Shown: positions 27,199 through 37,382 of the stretch, piece by piece
How positions within the stretch are numbered: position 1 is the stretch's first letter
How the letters are laid out: the number at the start of each line of letters is the position of its first letter
Source of the DNA: a virus
Lineage: Duplodnaviria > Caudoviricetes
IMG/VR virus record: IMGVR_UViG_3300020576_002947
Span: 1-64,000 of that record
DNA: 64,000 nt
Direction: 5' to 3' (one strand)
Notes under the pieces: generated by a model
What the model was told of the DNA's origin: nothing
The model's database searches: none
Seen by the model: only the letters and a program-made list of their open reading frames with translations
Translations under genes and position numbers: made by a program

Positions 27199-27771
27199 AT
27201 GTTTTACAAAATCATTGACGACATCGGAATTCCATATGAATTTATCAATACTAAAGAAGGCAGCTGGCTAAATGAAATTGTTTATGGAAATACTTCTGAA
27301 GACAAAAAAGAAGTTGTGTTTTTCCAGCCTAACAGCACCACTAGTCTTTGTTCAGCCCCTGCAAGCTGTTTAGAACCTATTGAGACACTCCCAGAAGAGT
27401 GGAGTAACACTAAGATAAAAGAAATCCTAGCCTTAGCTCAAACCAGATCTTTCTGTCCTAAAGGTTGGATACCTTTAGTCATCGAAGGCTACTATAAACT
27501 GTTAGAAATTACACCAGATTTCGTATTACTTCAGATCAAACAGAAATGGGGTAGACTTGAAATTTATGTAGCACCTCCAGATCATTTAGAATTGACTGAG
27601 TTCTCTCGTCAATTGTCATGTTATTCTGATACTCTCCGATCTATCAAGGACAAAGCTTTAAATGTATGTGAAAAGTGTGGAGCGTCTCCAGCAAGTAACT
27701 CAAAGATAGGCTATTGGTGGTCTGTTCTTTGTCCCAACTGTGAAAAGGAATATGATTCAAAACCATCGTGA
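27199..27771 (+). CDS. conserved phage hypothetical protein with Zn ribbon
   Basis: QIKQKWGRL.IY, CEKCG, LCPNC. Confidence 0.75.
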   Translation: MFYKIIDDIGIPYEFINTKEGSWLNEIVYGNTSEDKKEVVFFQPNSTTSLCSAPASCLEPIETLPEEWSNTKIKEILALAQTRSFCPKGWIPLVIEGYYKLLEITPDFVLLQIKQKWGRLEIYVAPPDHLELTEFSRQLSCYSDTLRSIKDKALNVCEKCGASPASNSKIGYWWSVLCPNCEKEYDSKPS

Positions 27772-27780
27772 AGAATTCTA

Positions 27781-28008
27781 ATGGGTATTTTAGGAAAATC
27801 TATAGGATTATTTACAGTTTATGAAATGCCAAACGTACCACCTGGGACGATTATTGAAGTTATTGAAGAGGCTTGCTTTTCAAATGTGTACCATCGTACA
27901 CACACAAAGTTAAAGTTTTTGTCAAAGAACACTTATGGGTATCCAAAAGGATTTTTCTGGTATCCATCAATTGATATAAATTTCTATCGGGTTTCGGTGT
28001 GTCGATGA
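27781..28008 (+). CDS. small protein, variant tag VCR
   Basis: Ends VSVCR with ATGA overlap. Confidence 0.7.
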   Translation: MGILGKSIGLFTVYEMPNVPPGTIIEVIEEACFSNVYHRTHTKLKFLSKNTYGYPKGFFWYPSIDINFYRVSVCR

Positions 28009-28265
28009 AGTACTCTGACTTTTGTCTACTAAAAAAGGGTGATTTAATATCTATCAAAGATGCAGATTTCCTATCAAAGGATGTTTTGGTAAGGGTGATT
28101 AGTAGCTCAAATGATCCTATTAAAGGTATTGATGGTTTAGATTTCGAACTAGTTCAAGGCAGCATAAACCAAAACGCTCCTTCTTATTATAAAAATATAA
28201 ACAGAGCAATTTTTCATACACAGTTATATAAAATAACAAAATTTGATCTAAAGGTTTGTGTATAA
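28005..28265 (+). CDS. small LKxGD family protein, VCV tag
   Basis: LKKGDLISIKD; ends LKVCV. Confidence 0.82.
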   Translation: MKYSDFCLLKKGDLISIKDADFLSKDVLVRVISSSNDPIKGIDGLDFELVQGSINQNAPSYYKNINRAIFHTQLYKITKFDLKVCV

Positions 28266-28266
28266 C

Positions 28267-28515
28267 ATGACTAGAGGAGAATGGCAAAGTCTAACACCTG
28301 GAACCTTGATTAAATATACAGGTAGTAACGATTTTGAGAAAGGTTCTATTTTAGAAATTATAGATTCATATACAGAACAAAGTGAAACATTCCACAGAGT
28401 TAAACTAATTTCAGGTAAATTTGATGCTGTTAATGAATGGTATCTTACTCAAGTCGGACTTAGTGTTTATAGTAGATATGTATTATATACTATACCAGAT
28501 CAGGTATGTGTATGA
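28267..28515 (+). CDS. small MT family protein, VCV tag
   Basis: MTRGEWQSLTPG; ends DQVCV. Confidence 0.82.
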   Translation: MTRGEWQSLTPGTLIKYTGSNDFEKGSILEIIDSYTEQSETFHRVKLISGKFDAVNEWYLTQVGLSVYSRYVLYTIPDQVCV

Positions 28516-28763
28516 CTTATATAAACTTTATTAAATTAAAGGAAGGGGATATTATTTCTATTAAGGACTTTGTACACTTTTCTAAAGAGCTTATTTTAGA
28601 AGTAACTTGTAATGATTACAATCGTAATGGACTGCACTTTAAAATCTTATCGGGAGAGGTATTTTTCCCTACCAATCAATTTACACTTGAAAGTTTAATT
28701 TATTCGAGCGTACCTCTTAATACTATCACTCTCTTAGAAAATTTCAGTCTTGTTTGCCAATGA
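28512..28763 (+). CDS. small LKxGD family protein, variant tag VCQ
   Basis: LKEGDIISIKD; ends SLVCQ. Confidence 0.82.
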   Translation: MTYINFIKLKEGDIISIKDFVHFSKELILEVTCNDYNRNGLHFKILSGEVFFPTNQFTLESLIYSSVPLNTITLLENFSLVCQ

Positions 28764-29752
28764 AACACCAACCCTTCCCCTCAATCGAACAATTAAGAAA
28801 TGTTGTTACGGTAATTGATTATCATTTCCCAGAAGAAAAACCTACTATTAGCTTTGATGGAACTGTAAAAATTCATGGCACTAATGCAGCTATTTGTTCT
28901 GTTTTTAATGGGGATTCTTTTGAGGAACCTTACTATCAATCACGACAAATTGTTCTGGATAAAAGTAATACTAACAGTGGATTCTATAACTTTGCTAACG
29001 AAAGAAAGAACTATTGGTTAGATTGTCTTACTACAATTAAAAAGAACCATGTCCTCCAACAGGGCGATACTGTTAGCATCTTTGGCGAATGGTGCGGAGA
29101 AGGCATCGAAAGTGGCTGCGCTATTCAGAAACTATCAAAGAGATTTATAGTATTCGGACTGTTAATTACTGGCGAGAATGGAATCGAGTTTTGGGAAAAC
29201 CACTCGTTTATCTTTGAGCCAGCTCTTAATGTTTACAATATAAACAACTACCAAAAGTATAGCATTACTATTGATTTCAACAAGCCTCAGGAAGTTGAGG
29301 AATTTATTACTAATCTTGTTAATGAAGTAGAACAAGAGTGTCCTGTTGCTAAAGCCTTTGGTGTTTCTGGTTTAGGTGAAGGTATTGTTTGGATAGGTAA
29401 AACAATCCTACCTAACAACGACCCTCTGAGAATAGTTTTTAAGACTAAAGGTATCAAGCATAAGATTTCTGAAACCAAAAAGGTTGTCTCTGTCAGTGCT
29501 GAAGTAACTTCTTCTATTGAGGAATTTATTACTTACGCTGTCACTAAAAATAGAGTTGACCAGGCAATTACAACTATCTTAGGACAAGGTAGTAATGATC
29601 GTCCTATGAATAAATTTAAAGACATTCTTTTCTGGGTATATGAAGACATTCAAAAGGAAGAGTCAGATGTCTTGTTGTCTAACAACCTGACCTGGGACCA
29701 AGTTAAAAACTCGGTCTCTCCAAAGGTAAAGGAACTTTACCTAGCTTTATAG
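28760..29752 (+). CDS. RNA ligase, Rnl2 family
   Basis: KIHGTN, FGEW.G, GEGIVW, FKTKG. Confidence 0.88.
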   Translation: MKHQPFPSIEQLRNVVTVIDYHFPEEKPTISFDGTVKIHGTNAAICSVFNGDSFEEPYYQSRQIVLDKSNTNSGFYNFANERKNYWLDCLTTIKKNHVLQQGDTVSIFGEWCGEGIESGCAIQKLSKRFIVFGLLITGENGIEFWENHSFIFEPALNVYNINNYQKYSITIDFNKPQEVEEFITNLVNEVEQECPVAKAFGVSGLGEGIVWIGKTILPNNDPLRIVFKTKGIKHKISETKKVVSVSAEVTSSIEEFITYAVTKNRVDQAITTILGQGSNDRPMNKFKDILFWVYEDIQKEESDVLLSNNLTWDQVKNSVSPKVKELYLAL

Positions 29753-29758
29753 TTTTGT

Positions 29759-29846
29759 GGGTAGATGCGTGAGTGGCTTAAACGGCTGACCTGCTAAGTC
29801 AGTGGTCTGAAAGGGCCCGGGAGTTCGAATCTCTCTCTACCCGCCA
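29759..29846 (+). tRNA. tRNA-Ser(GCT)
   Basis: Acceptor gggtaga/tctaccc, anticodon arm ctgac-ctgctaa-gtcag, long variable arm, GCCA. Confidence 0.92.
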
Positions 29847-30000
29847 AAAATATAAATGTAATATAGGTAATTCCTGATTACATATTTATTACGGTGAATG
29901 TAGGACAAGCCCTACGATCTTTACGGAGATCTAGTTTAATGTAAAACTCACTATCTTAATAAAACAAAAATACATTAAATAAGCTTTTGCTAACTAGTCA

Positions 30001-30966
30001 ATGGCAAAGCTTCTTACGCAATTGTTTAGAAAGCATATGGACCAATATCTAAAGAATCACTTATCAAGCAGTACCCCTTTTAGCAGACCTATTAATAAAG
30101 AACTTGATGAACTAGTTGGTCTAGAATTTACTTGTAATTCTGGAGCAGTTCGTTTGTTAGATTATTGCGGCAACGAATCTTTTATAGCAGATGCTGCTAG
30201 AGTAAGTTATAGTGGCGATAATATAACAAAAAGATCTAACGACCAGTCTTTACTTAGGTATCTAATTCGACACAGTCATACTTCGCCATTAGAAATGGCC
30301 TCTCTTACTTTCGAGTTTAAAGTGCCTATCTTTACAGCTCGACAGATGTTTAGACATCGAACACACTCAGCAAATGAGATATCTGGTAGGTATTCAGAAC
30401 TACCTAACGAATCTTTTACTATAGAACCTAACGAGTGGAGACTGCAGAGCAAGTCAAACAATCAAGGTTCTGAGGGATTCCTAGATACAGATCTAGGTAA
30501 GGAATTAACTAGATCTCAAGAAGAACTTCATGAGCTAGTAGAAAAGATTTATCAAGAGAGATTAGCTTTAGGTGTCTCTAATGAACTAGCTAGAATTGAT
30601 CTACCTTTATCACACTTTACTAGATATGTGTGGAAGATGAATCTGCATAACTATCTTCATTTTCTTGCTTTACGAGAAGATTCACATGCTCAACAAGAAA
30701 TCAGAGAGATTGCTAATTTAGTATCAGCTATTATTCAAGAAGGATTTCCTACCATTTATGATGCGTGGAATTCCTATCACCCTAAGAGGGATGCTTTGCT
30801 TCTTACAAGACAAGATCAGGAAGCTCTTAGACACGTTTTGAATGATATCCAAATAGACTCTGGTACACTAAAAGAAATCTTCCCAACTACTCGAGAATAT
30901 AGTGAGTATAAGGAAAAAATAAGTAGGTTACTTCATGAAAAGCCGGATAAAAACTTGTATAGCTAA
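30001..30966 (+). CDS. thyX: flavin-dependent thymidylate synthase
   Basis: AARVSY, HTSPLE, RQMFRHR...NEISGRY, HAQQEIR. Confidence 0.95.
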   Translation: MAKLLTQLFRKHMDQYLKNHLSSSTPFSRPINKELDELVGLEFTCNSGAVRLLDYCGNESFIADAARVSYSGDNITKRSNDQSLLRYLIRHSHTSPLEMASLTFEFKVPIFTARQMFRHRTHSANEISGRYSELPNESFTIEPNEWRLQSKSNNQGSEGFLDTDLGKELTRSQEELHELVEKIYQERLALGVSNELARIDLPLSHFTRYVWKMNLHNYLHFLALREDSHAQQEIREIANLVSAIIQEGFPTIYDAWNSYHPKRDALLLTRQDQEALRHVLNDIQIDSGTLKEIFPTTREYSEYKEKISRLLHEKPDKNLYS

Positions 30967-31834
30967 TAAGGGAAAGATTCCTGATTTTAACCCTCCAGAC
31001 TGGCTAGAAGACGCTATTCACTATGAAACCACTATGGGTTCAATAGCCTACGGCGCTTCTTCCAACATATCTGACCAAGACATTTATGCTTTTTGTATTC
31101 CACCTAAGGACTTACTATTTCCTCATTTGACTGGAGAAATACCTAACTTTGGAAGTAGGTCACCCTCTTTTGTACAAGCTCAGTACCATCATCTAAAACT
31201 AGATGACTCTGAGTATGACTTAAACATATTTGGATTGCCTAAGTATCTAGACCTCTGTATGACAGGAACTCCTAACATGTTGGAGAGTTTATATACTGAC
31301 TTTGAGTTTGTCAACGTAATTACACCAATAGGTGAAATGGTTAGAGAAGCTCGTGGCCTCTTCTTGTCAGAATCAGCTTACTATAGGTATAAAAGCTATG
31401 CTGCTTCACAGCTAAACAAGCTTAATAACAAGCAACCACAAGGTAAGAGAGTAAAAGCACAAGAAGAGTTTGGCTTTGATCCTAAGTTTATGTACCATGT
31501 GGTTAGATTAATTCTAAATATCGAAGAATTGTTAACCATAGGGTCAATGTCTTTAACAAAGCATTCTGATACCTTAAAGGATATTAGAGCAGGTAAATGG
31601 TCAGTAAAAGATGTAGAGAACTTCTACTCTGAGAAAGAACCAAAGCTTTTAAACCTTAAGGAAAATTGTATCTTTCCTGAAAGAGCTGATGAAACAAAGA
31701 TAAGAGCTTTGCTAATTAACTGTTTAGAACATCACTATGGTAGTCTAGGAGAGGCTTTAGGGTCTCAATCACACGACCAAACAACACTTAATGAAATACT
31801 AAGAATACTTTCCAGAAGAGGATACACGAAGTAA
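30935..31834 (+). CDS. Pol-beta superfamily nucleotidyltransferase (YcgL/RlaP-like)
   Basis: GS.AYG....SDQD, PN.LE.L, K..YH..RL. Confidence 0.82.
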   Translation: MKSRIKTCIANKGKIPDFNPPDWLEDAIHYETTMGSIAYGASSNISDQDIYAFCIPPKDLLFPHLTGEIPNFGSRSPSFVQAQYHHLKLDDSEYDLNIFGLPKYLDLCMTGTPNMLESLYTDFEFVNVITPIGEMVREARGLFLSESAYYRYKSYAASQLNKLNNKQPQGKRVKAQEEFGFDPKFMYHVVRLILNIEELLTIGSMSLTKHSDTLKDIRAGKWSVKDVENFYSEKEPKLLNLKENCIFPERADETKIRALLINCLEHHYGSLGEALGSQSHDQTTLNEILRILSRRGYTK

Positions 31835-32358
31835 TGCTAGAAGAGATCAACAAGAAACTAAAAGAAATATCTAATACAGGGAAAGATTTGATTCTTAAAG
31901 AATGGTATAAGGGTGTAAAAACCAACCATCCTTTAAGAGAGGATCTACCTAAAGTTTTTGTCGTAGACATTGACGGAACTATTGCTCACTCAGAAGGATT
32001 AAGGTATATCTACGATGATAACGTACATGTTGATCAACCTGATCACGCTATCATGGAGATTCTTAAGACCTCTTCAATCCCTTTTATTATCGTATCAGGA
32101 AGACAAGCTAGTCCTCTGTGTAAAGAAAATACATTGACCTGGCTAAAAACTCACTTACCTAAAGAGCCTCTTGCTATTTACATGAGAGCTTTTAAGGACC
32201 AAAGGTCAGATGTTATTATCAAAAGAGAGATCTATGAAAAGCATCTTAAAGACAAGTACACTATCGTAGCTGTATTTGACGACAGGCCTTGTGTTTGTAG
32301 AATGTGGGAAGAACAGGGAGTTAAAGTCCTTCGTTGTGGTCCTGGCTACGAATTTTAA
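31834..32358 (+). CDS. polynucleotide 3'-phosphatase (PNKP/PseT HAD domain)
   Basis: DIDGT, SGR, MR...D.R.D...K, FDDR. Confidence 0.88.
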   Translation: MLEEINKKLKEISNTGKDLILKEWYKGVKTNHPLREDLPKVFVVDIDGTIAHSEGLRYIYDDNVHVDQPDHAIMEILKTSSIPFIIVSGRQASPLCKENTLTWLKTHLPKEPLAIYMRAFKDQRSDVIIKREIYEKHLKDKYTIVAVFDDRPCVCRMWEEQGVKVLRCGPGYEF

Positions 32359-32373
32359 AATAATATAAATATT

Positions 32374-32979
32374 ATGAATAATTTAAATGATATTAAACAA
32401 TCGTTAGATGCACCGCTTCTAACTACCGAAGTAAAGGTCAAGCCAGGCTCTAAAGGCGCTCGATACATTAGTGGAGAAACCGCTTTACGTGCAGCCAATA
32501 GAGTCTTTGGTTTCGAGAACTGGTCTTACGAAATTACAGATCAAAAGATCTTTCCGAATGAATCAGATCTACTTAAGCCCATATTTATTTCTAGGGTAAA
32601 ACTAACTGTAAACATCCCAAATCACGGCACAGTCGTACATGAGGATGTTGGAACAGGTATTGGTTCTACTTCATACGTAGGTCCTAATATAGACGTTGCC
32701 GCTAAGGGCAGTGTAACTGATGCTATTAAGAGATGTCTTAGAGCTTTTGGTGATCAGTTTGGATTAGTTCTATATGATCCTCAGAGTGATAATCTGATCG
32801 ATCCTGATACAGCAAAGACCAAGTTGCTAGAATTTCTATTGGAATTGGCTGGAGATAAAGCTGCTACAAAGACTATTTGGAGTAAGCTTCTTGAGATCTA
32901 TGACCAAAAAGAACTTATTGAAATGTACTTATATGCTCCTCAAGAACTAAAGAGTATCGTTTCCTCATTTAATAATTAA
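32374..32979 (+). CDS. Rad52/Rad22-family ssDNA annealing protein
   Basis: YISG...ANRVFGFENWS, EDVG.G, K.SVTDAIKRCLR.FG. Confidence 0.9.
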   Translation: MNNLNDIKQSLDAPLLTTEVKVKPGSKGARYISGETALRAANRVFGFENWSYEITDQKIFPNESDLLKPIFISRVKLTVNIPNHGTVVHEDVGTGIGSTSYVGPNIDVAAKGSVTDAIKRCLRAFGDQFGLVLYDPQSDNLIDPDTAKTKLLEFLLELAGDKAATKTIWSKLLEIYDQKELIEMYLYAPQELKSIVSSFNN

Positions 32980-32985
32980 CTCTGT

Positions 32986-33028
32986 ATAGGTAAGGCTTGT
33001 GTTAGGTACTCTAACATAACTTACCTAT
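32986..33028. other. long intergenic hairpin upstream of nrdJ
   Basis: ataggtaag...tgttag-gtact-ctaaca...cttacctat. Confidence 0.5.
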
Positions 33029-33077
33029 CAAGAAAAGGAGTTTCAGCTTATCGTAGCTGAGAATTTAACAAATTACT

Positions 33078-36026
33078 ATGGATGTAAATTCACGAATTTT
33101 ATCAGATCTTACAGTATATACTAAATATGCTAATTATATCCCTGAAAAGGATCGAAGGGAAACTTATGACGAAATTGTAACAAGAAATAAAGACTACTGG
33201 CTCTCAAAGTATCCAGATCTTAGTGCTGATATTGAAGAGGCTTATAAGCTAGTTTATGATAGAAAGGTGCTTCCAAGCATGAGGTCTATGCAGTTTGCAG
33301 GACCAGCTATGGACAAGTCACCTGTTAGAGTATTTAACTGTAGCTATTGTCCTATAGATGACTATAGGTCATTCTCTGAAATAATGTTCTTACTTCTCTC
33401 TGGAGTAGGCGTAGGCTTTTCTGTACAACAGCATCATGTTGAGAATTTGCCAAGTCTATCAAATCCAAAGATGTCACGCAAGTTTATTATTGCAGACTCA
33501 ATAGAAGGCTGGAGTGACGCTGTAAAAGCTTTGATGAAGGCTTATATGGTGCCAGGTAAAACTTTGCCTAGGTTTATCTACTCAGAGATTAGGCCAAAGG
33601 GTGCAAAGATCTCTTCGGGTGGATGGGCACCAGGCCCTGAACCTCTTCGACTTGCACTAGAGCATGTAAACTCTATTCTGAGAGCTGCTCTTACAGAGCG
33701 TGGCGATGGTACTAAACTAAAGCCTCTTGAAGCACACGACATTATTTGTATTCTGTCAAATGCTGTCTTAGCTGGTGGAGTGCGAAGAAGTGCCTTAATT
33801 AGCCTATTCTCACCACAGGATAATGAGATGCTTAACTCAAAGCATCGAGATGAGCTTGAAGGAAAGGAGTGGCGCTATCGAGCGAACAACTCAGCAGTTC
33901 TTCTTAGATCAGAAGTTACTGAAGATCAATTTAGGGATATCTGGGCAAGAACCGAAGCTTCTAATAGCGGAGAGCCTGGAATTATCTTTACAAATAATCT
34001 TGACTACGGTGTAAACCCATGCCTTCCTGGTGACGAAACAGTTCTTACATCAGAAGGTATAGTTTATATTAAAGACTTGGTTAGTAAGCCTTTTAATACT
34101 ATTATTAATAACCAAGAGTATACCTCTACAGCAGAAGGGTTTTTCTCTACAGGAACTCAACCTGTTTATGAAATTACTACGAAAGAAGGTTATAAACTTA
34201 GAGCTACTTCCAATCACCTAATTCGAACCTCTCAAAAATCAGGTAGAAAATCAAGAGAAGATAGTTGGGTAAAGTTAGGAGACCTAGGTTCAGGAACAAA
34301 AATTGTACTTAGTAACTCATCTAAAACTAATTGGGGTGGAAAGGGATCGTTTGATGATGGCTGGCTAATGGGTAGTCTTCTCGGAGATGGTACTTTCTAT
34401 AAGAATACTGCTTATCTATGCTACTGGACAGAACACGAGCATCAAGTAGGTATATCAAAAGCTAAATCTGTCCTTAAAACACGTTCGGATTTTGGACAAG
34501 GTTTAGGCTATAAAGGTAAACACCAAAACGGCTCAGTTGATTTATTAGAAAAAGCTATAGAATTCGGTATTCCAGCTTCTAAAACTTTAGATAATACTAA
34601 ATGTGAAATTGGTACATCATCTGAATTCTACAAAGGGTTCCTACAAGGGTGGTTTGATGCTGATGGTACTGTTATTGGAAATCAGCTAAAAGGAGTTTCT
34701 GTGCGCCTTGCATCTAGTATTAAATCCAATCTAGAGATTGCTCAAAGAATGCTTTTAAGACAAGGTATTGTTTCTACTCTTTATCCGCGAAAGAAAGCAG
34801 GGTTTTCTGTTTTACCTGACGGAAAAGGAGGGTCAAAACCCTACGCGACTAAAGCTATGTGGGAATTGGTAATTTCAGGAGAGAACTTAAGAACGTTTTC
34901 TGAGCGGATTGGATTTTCCCATAAAGACAAAGTTGCAAGACTTTCTCAACTTCTTGCAAATTACAAGAGAAATCTTAATCAAGAGGAATATTTAGCCACA
35001 GTAGGAAGTATTGAACTTATTGGCAACTTACCAGTGTATGATTGTACAATACCTGAGATTAGTGCTTTTGAAGCCTCAGGTGTTATAGTACATAATTGTT
35101 CAGAGATTTCGTTGAGACCTTATCAACTATGTAATCTAACAGAGGTTAATGTAAGTAGTCTGGATGACCAGAATGACTTAAATAACCGAGTATGGGCTGC
35201 AGCTTTGATCGGTACTTTACAAGCAAGTCTTACTGACTTTCATTATCTAAGACCAATCTGGCAAAAGACAGTAGAAGAGGATGCTCTTCTAGGTGTTAGT
35301 TTTACTGGTATTGGTAGTGAAGCAGTCTTATCATATGATATAGAAGAAGCAGCTCGAGTAGTTATTGATACTAACACAAGAGTTGCCAAAGCAATCGGTA
35401 TTAACCCCTCAGCAAGAATGACATGTGTCAAACCGAGTGGATCAACCTCAATTGTTATGGGTACTTCTTCAGGTATTCATGCTTGGTATGCTCCTTATTA
35501 TCTACGTCGCGTTAGAATGCGAATGGATGAACCTCTGTCTCAGTACCTGCTTAAGAACCACCCTGAGATTGTAGAAGAGAGCGTTGAAAAGCCAACTGAG
35601 GAAATCATTACAGTTGTTCCTATTAAGGCTCCTGAAGGATCTAAGTTCACACATGAGGACCTTCTTACTTCATATCTTCCAAGATTGAAGAGGATCACAG
35701 AAGACTGGATTTGGCCTACTCACAGGCGTGGCGATAACACTCATAATGTTTCAGCAACGATTCATGTTCCCCAAGGAGAATGGGAATCAGTAGTTGACTG
35801 GTTGTGGGAAAACAGAGATTTTTATCTTGGTGTAACTGCATATCCAGCCTATGATGCTGTGTACAAGCAGCCTCCATTTGAAGAGATTACTGAGGAAGAG
35901 TATAATAACCGAGTTAAGAACTTGAGAGAAGTAGACTTTTCTAAAATCATCGAAACGAAAGATCTTACAGCACTTGAAGAGCAGTCTGCGTGTGCTGGAG
36001 GAGCTTGCGAAATAACACATGTATAA
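33078..36026 (+). CDS. nrdJ: class II (B12-dependent) ribonucleotide reductase with intein
   Basis: LPSMR, FNCS, GGVRRSA, NP|C..E, CNL, KPSG, C-terminal CAGGAC. Confidence 0.93.
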   Translation: MDVNSRILSDLTVYTKYANYIPEKDRRETYDEIVTRNKDYWLSKYPDLSADIEEAYKLVYDRKVLPSMRSMQFAGPAMDKSPVRVFNCSYCPIDDYRSFSEIMFLLLSGVGVGFSVQQHHVENLPSLSNPKMSRKFIIADSIEGWSDAVKALMKAYMVPGKTLPRFIYSEIRPKGAKISSGGWAPGPEPLRLALEHVNSILRAALTERGDGTKLKPLEAHDIICILSNAVLAGGVRRSALISLFSPQDNEMLNSKHRDELEGKEWRYRANNSAVLLRSEVTEDQFRDIWARTEASNSGEPGIIFTNNLDYGVNPCLPGDETVLTSEGIVYIKDLVSKPFNTIINNQEYTSTAEGFFSTGTQPVYEITTKEGYKLRATSNHLIRTSQKSGRKSREDSWVKLGDLGSGTKIVLSNSSKTNWGGKGSFDDGWLMGSLLGDGTFYKNTAYLCYWTEHEHQVGISKAKSVLKTRSDFGQGLGYKGKHQNGSVDLLEKAIEFGIPASKTLDNTKCEIGTSSEFYKGFLQGWFDADGTVIGNQLKGVSVRLASSIKSNLEIAQRMLLRQGIVSTLYPRKKAGFSVLPDGKGGSKPYATKAMWELVISGENLRTFSERIGFSHKDKVARLSQLLANYKRNLNQEEYLATVGSIELIGNLPVYDCTIPEISAFEASGVIVHNCSEISLRPYQLCNLTEVNVSSLDDQNDLNNRVWAAALIGTLQASLTDFHYLRPIWQKTVEEDALLGVSFTGIGSEAVLSYDIEEAARVVIDTNTRVAKAIGINPSARMTCVKPSGSTSIVMGTSSGIHAWYAPYYLRRVRMRMDEPLSQYLLKNHPEIVEESVEKPTEEIITVVPIKAPEGSKFTHEDLLTSYLPRLKRITEDWIWPTHRRGDNTHNVSATIHVPQGEWESVVDWLWENRDFYLGVTAYPAYDAVYKQPPFEEITEEEYNNRVKNLREVDFSKIIETKDLTALEEQSACAGGACEITHV
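34020..35096 (+). mobile_element. intein with LAGLIDADG homing endonuclease (359 aa)
   Basis: Starts CLPGD, ends VHN|C; GSLLGDG and GWFDADG motifs. Confidence 0.93.
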
Positions 36027-36039
36027 ATAAAAAAATACT

Positions 36040-36089
36040 AGGGATAAGTAATAAGAGGTAGTCGAAAGCTAACTCTTATTACCTTCCCT
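36040..36089. terminator. long hairpin after nrdJ
   Basis: aggga..gtaataagag.tag..gaaa..cta.ctcttattac..tccct. Confidence 0.5.
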
Positions 36090-36114
36090 GCGGACAGGAA
36101 AAAGAAAGACATCC

Positions 36115-36894
36115 ATGAAAAGTGGACTTGAAACTCTTAAAAATTTGCACAAGACTTGTGATGCTATTTCACATGTTCTCTTAACACCTGATCACGGACT
36201 CTGTGAACATATTTGGGTGAAAACAATTCCTTCATATCCACATGGTTTGAGACATTCTCAAGCTGATATCAAGGATCTTTTTGTTATGATTCAGCCAAAC
36301 ACTGCTGGTTACTCCATGATTGCGATGAGAGATAAGATCTCCCAGAAAGCTTTCGAAGGTGGAACCCATCTAGTTAGTTTGGACGATATTAATACCTTTA
36401 TTACTGAGCTGAAGGCAGCTGAAAAGATCAGCTATACCAAGGACGCTTACGCTATTACTACCTCTGAAGCTGCGAACAGACCAGACCTCTTTAACATCAT
36501 TGCCGGAATTTTTGAGCCTATAACCTTGTCAATAGGGCACGACAAGGATACAGTCTTTGAGATTGAAGTACTTGATGACGGTACTGAAAGGCATCTCAGA
36601 TTCTGTAAGAAGCCCTCTGTCAACATCGGCTCCATCTCAATCAATGGGAACGTAGAGCCCTGCACGCTCACTAAGAACGGCATTACCCTGACATCAGTCT
36701 GGGAGCAGTTCGTTCTTGCTACCAATCTGGAGCTTGACGAGATCAAGGAAATCATGACAAAGCAACAGACTTTGTTTGATACCACATACTCTTCAAAGTC
36801 ATGGTTCCAAGTGCCATCACTCATTCTCAAGGACAACCTTCTTTCTAAGAAGGACAACCTCATTCCGATCATTGGATTGAAGTCCGAAGAATAA
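36115..36894 (+). CDS. hypothetical protein, possibly degenerate JAB/MPN-like
   Basis: P..P....HSQAD resembles the JAB S..D motif but canonical HxH is absent; first gene of the E1 operon. Confidence 0.35.
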   Translation: MKSGLETLKNLHKTCDAISHVLLTPDHGLCEHIWVKTIPSYPHGLRHSQADIKDLFVMIQPNTAGYSMIAMRDKISQKAFEGGTHLVSLDDINTFITELKAAEKISYTKDAYAITTSEAANRPDLFNIIAGIFEPITLSIGHDKDTVFEIEVLDDGTERHLRFCKKPSVNIGSISINGNVEPCTLTKNGITLTSVWEQFVLATNLELDEIKEIMTKQQTLFDTTYSSKSWFQVPSLILKDNLLSKKDNLIPIIGLKSEE

Positions 36895-36971
36895 AAATAG
36901 AATTGAAGGGTAAGGCCGTCCCTCAAGGACTTATAATCCCTTCTCTTGTTCGGTGAAAACCGGAGACGACT

Positions 36972-37364
36972 ATGCTAGTCAAGTACACTGTTACGGCCCA
37001 GAAGGGCACCGCACGTTCGACATTCAGTGGCGAAACTGAGGTTCAGGCTGCAGGCGACAACGCCGCTGCCCTGTCCGATGAGCTCGCTACTCTCATGAAT
37101 CTCAAGAAGAACTATCCTGGTTCTTGGACTCCTACCAATCAATCCCGCGCCAACGAGCTCATGAAGCTGATCCAGGCCGCCAACAACGGTGGTGGATCAA
37201 TCGAGGCTCAGGCCCGAGACGCCGTCATCAGCACCCTGGTCAACAACCATGGGTTCTCCACCAACGGATCGGCAGAAGCCTGGTACGTTAACCCTCAGCA
37301 CCTCTCCGTTTACAAGAGCGGCGACAGCGTGATGGTTACCGGCGCTGCTTCCTGGGGCCTTTAA
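36972..37364 (+). CDS. putative ubiquitin-like (ThiS/MoaD beta-grasp) protein with helical insert
   Basis: C-terminus WYVN......KSGDSVMVTGAASWG-L matches the VN...GD.V......G pattern; two N-terminal strands; E1 gene two ORFs downstream. Confidence 0.55.
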   Translation: MLVKYTVTAQKGTARSTFSGETEVQAAGDNAAALSDELATLMNLKKNYPGSWTPTNQSRANELMKLIQAANNGGGSIEAQARDAVISTLVNNHGFSTNGSAEAWYVNPQHLSVYKSGDSVMVTGAASWGL

Positions 37365-37382
37365 GGCTCTAACGACAAGTAT

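Noticed and set aside
884-28763. VCI as a CaaX prenylation signal
   Set aside because: The Cys is penultimate, not fourth from the end, and the genome looks like a bacteriophage.
884-28763. GTNTGYATATGA as a purely nucleotide translational-coupling signal
   Set aside because: The motif persists in frame where no gene overlaps and with TAA/TAG stops; the overlap may only bias the last codon toward NNA.
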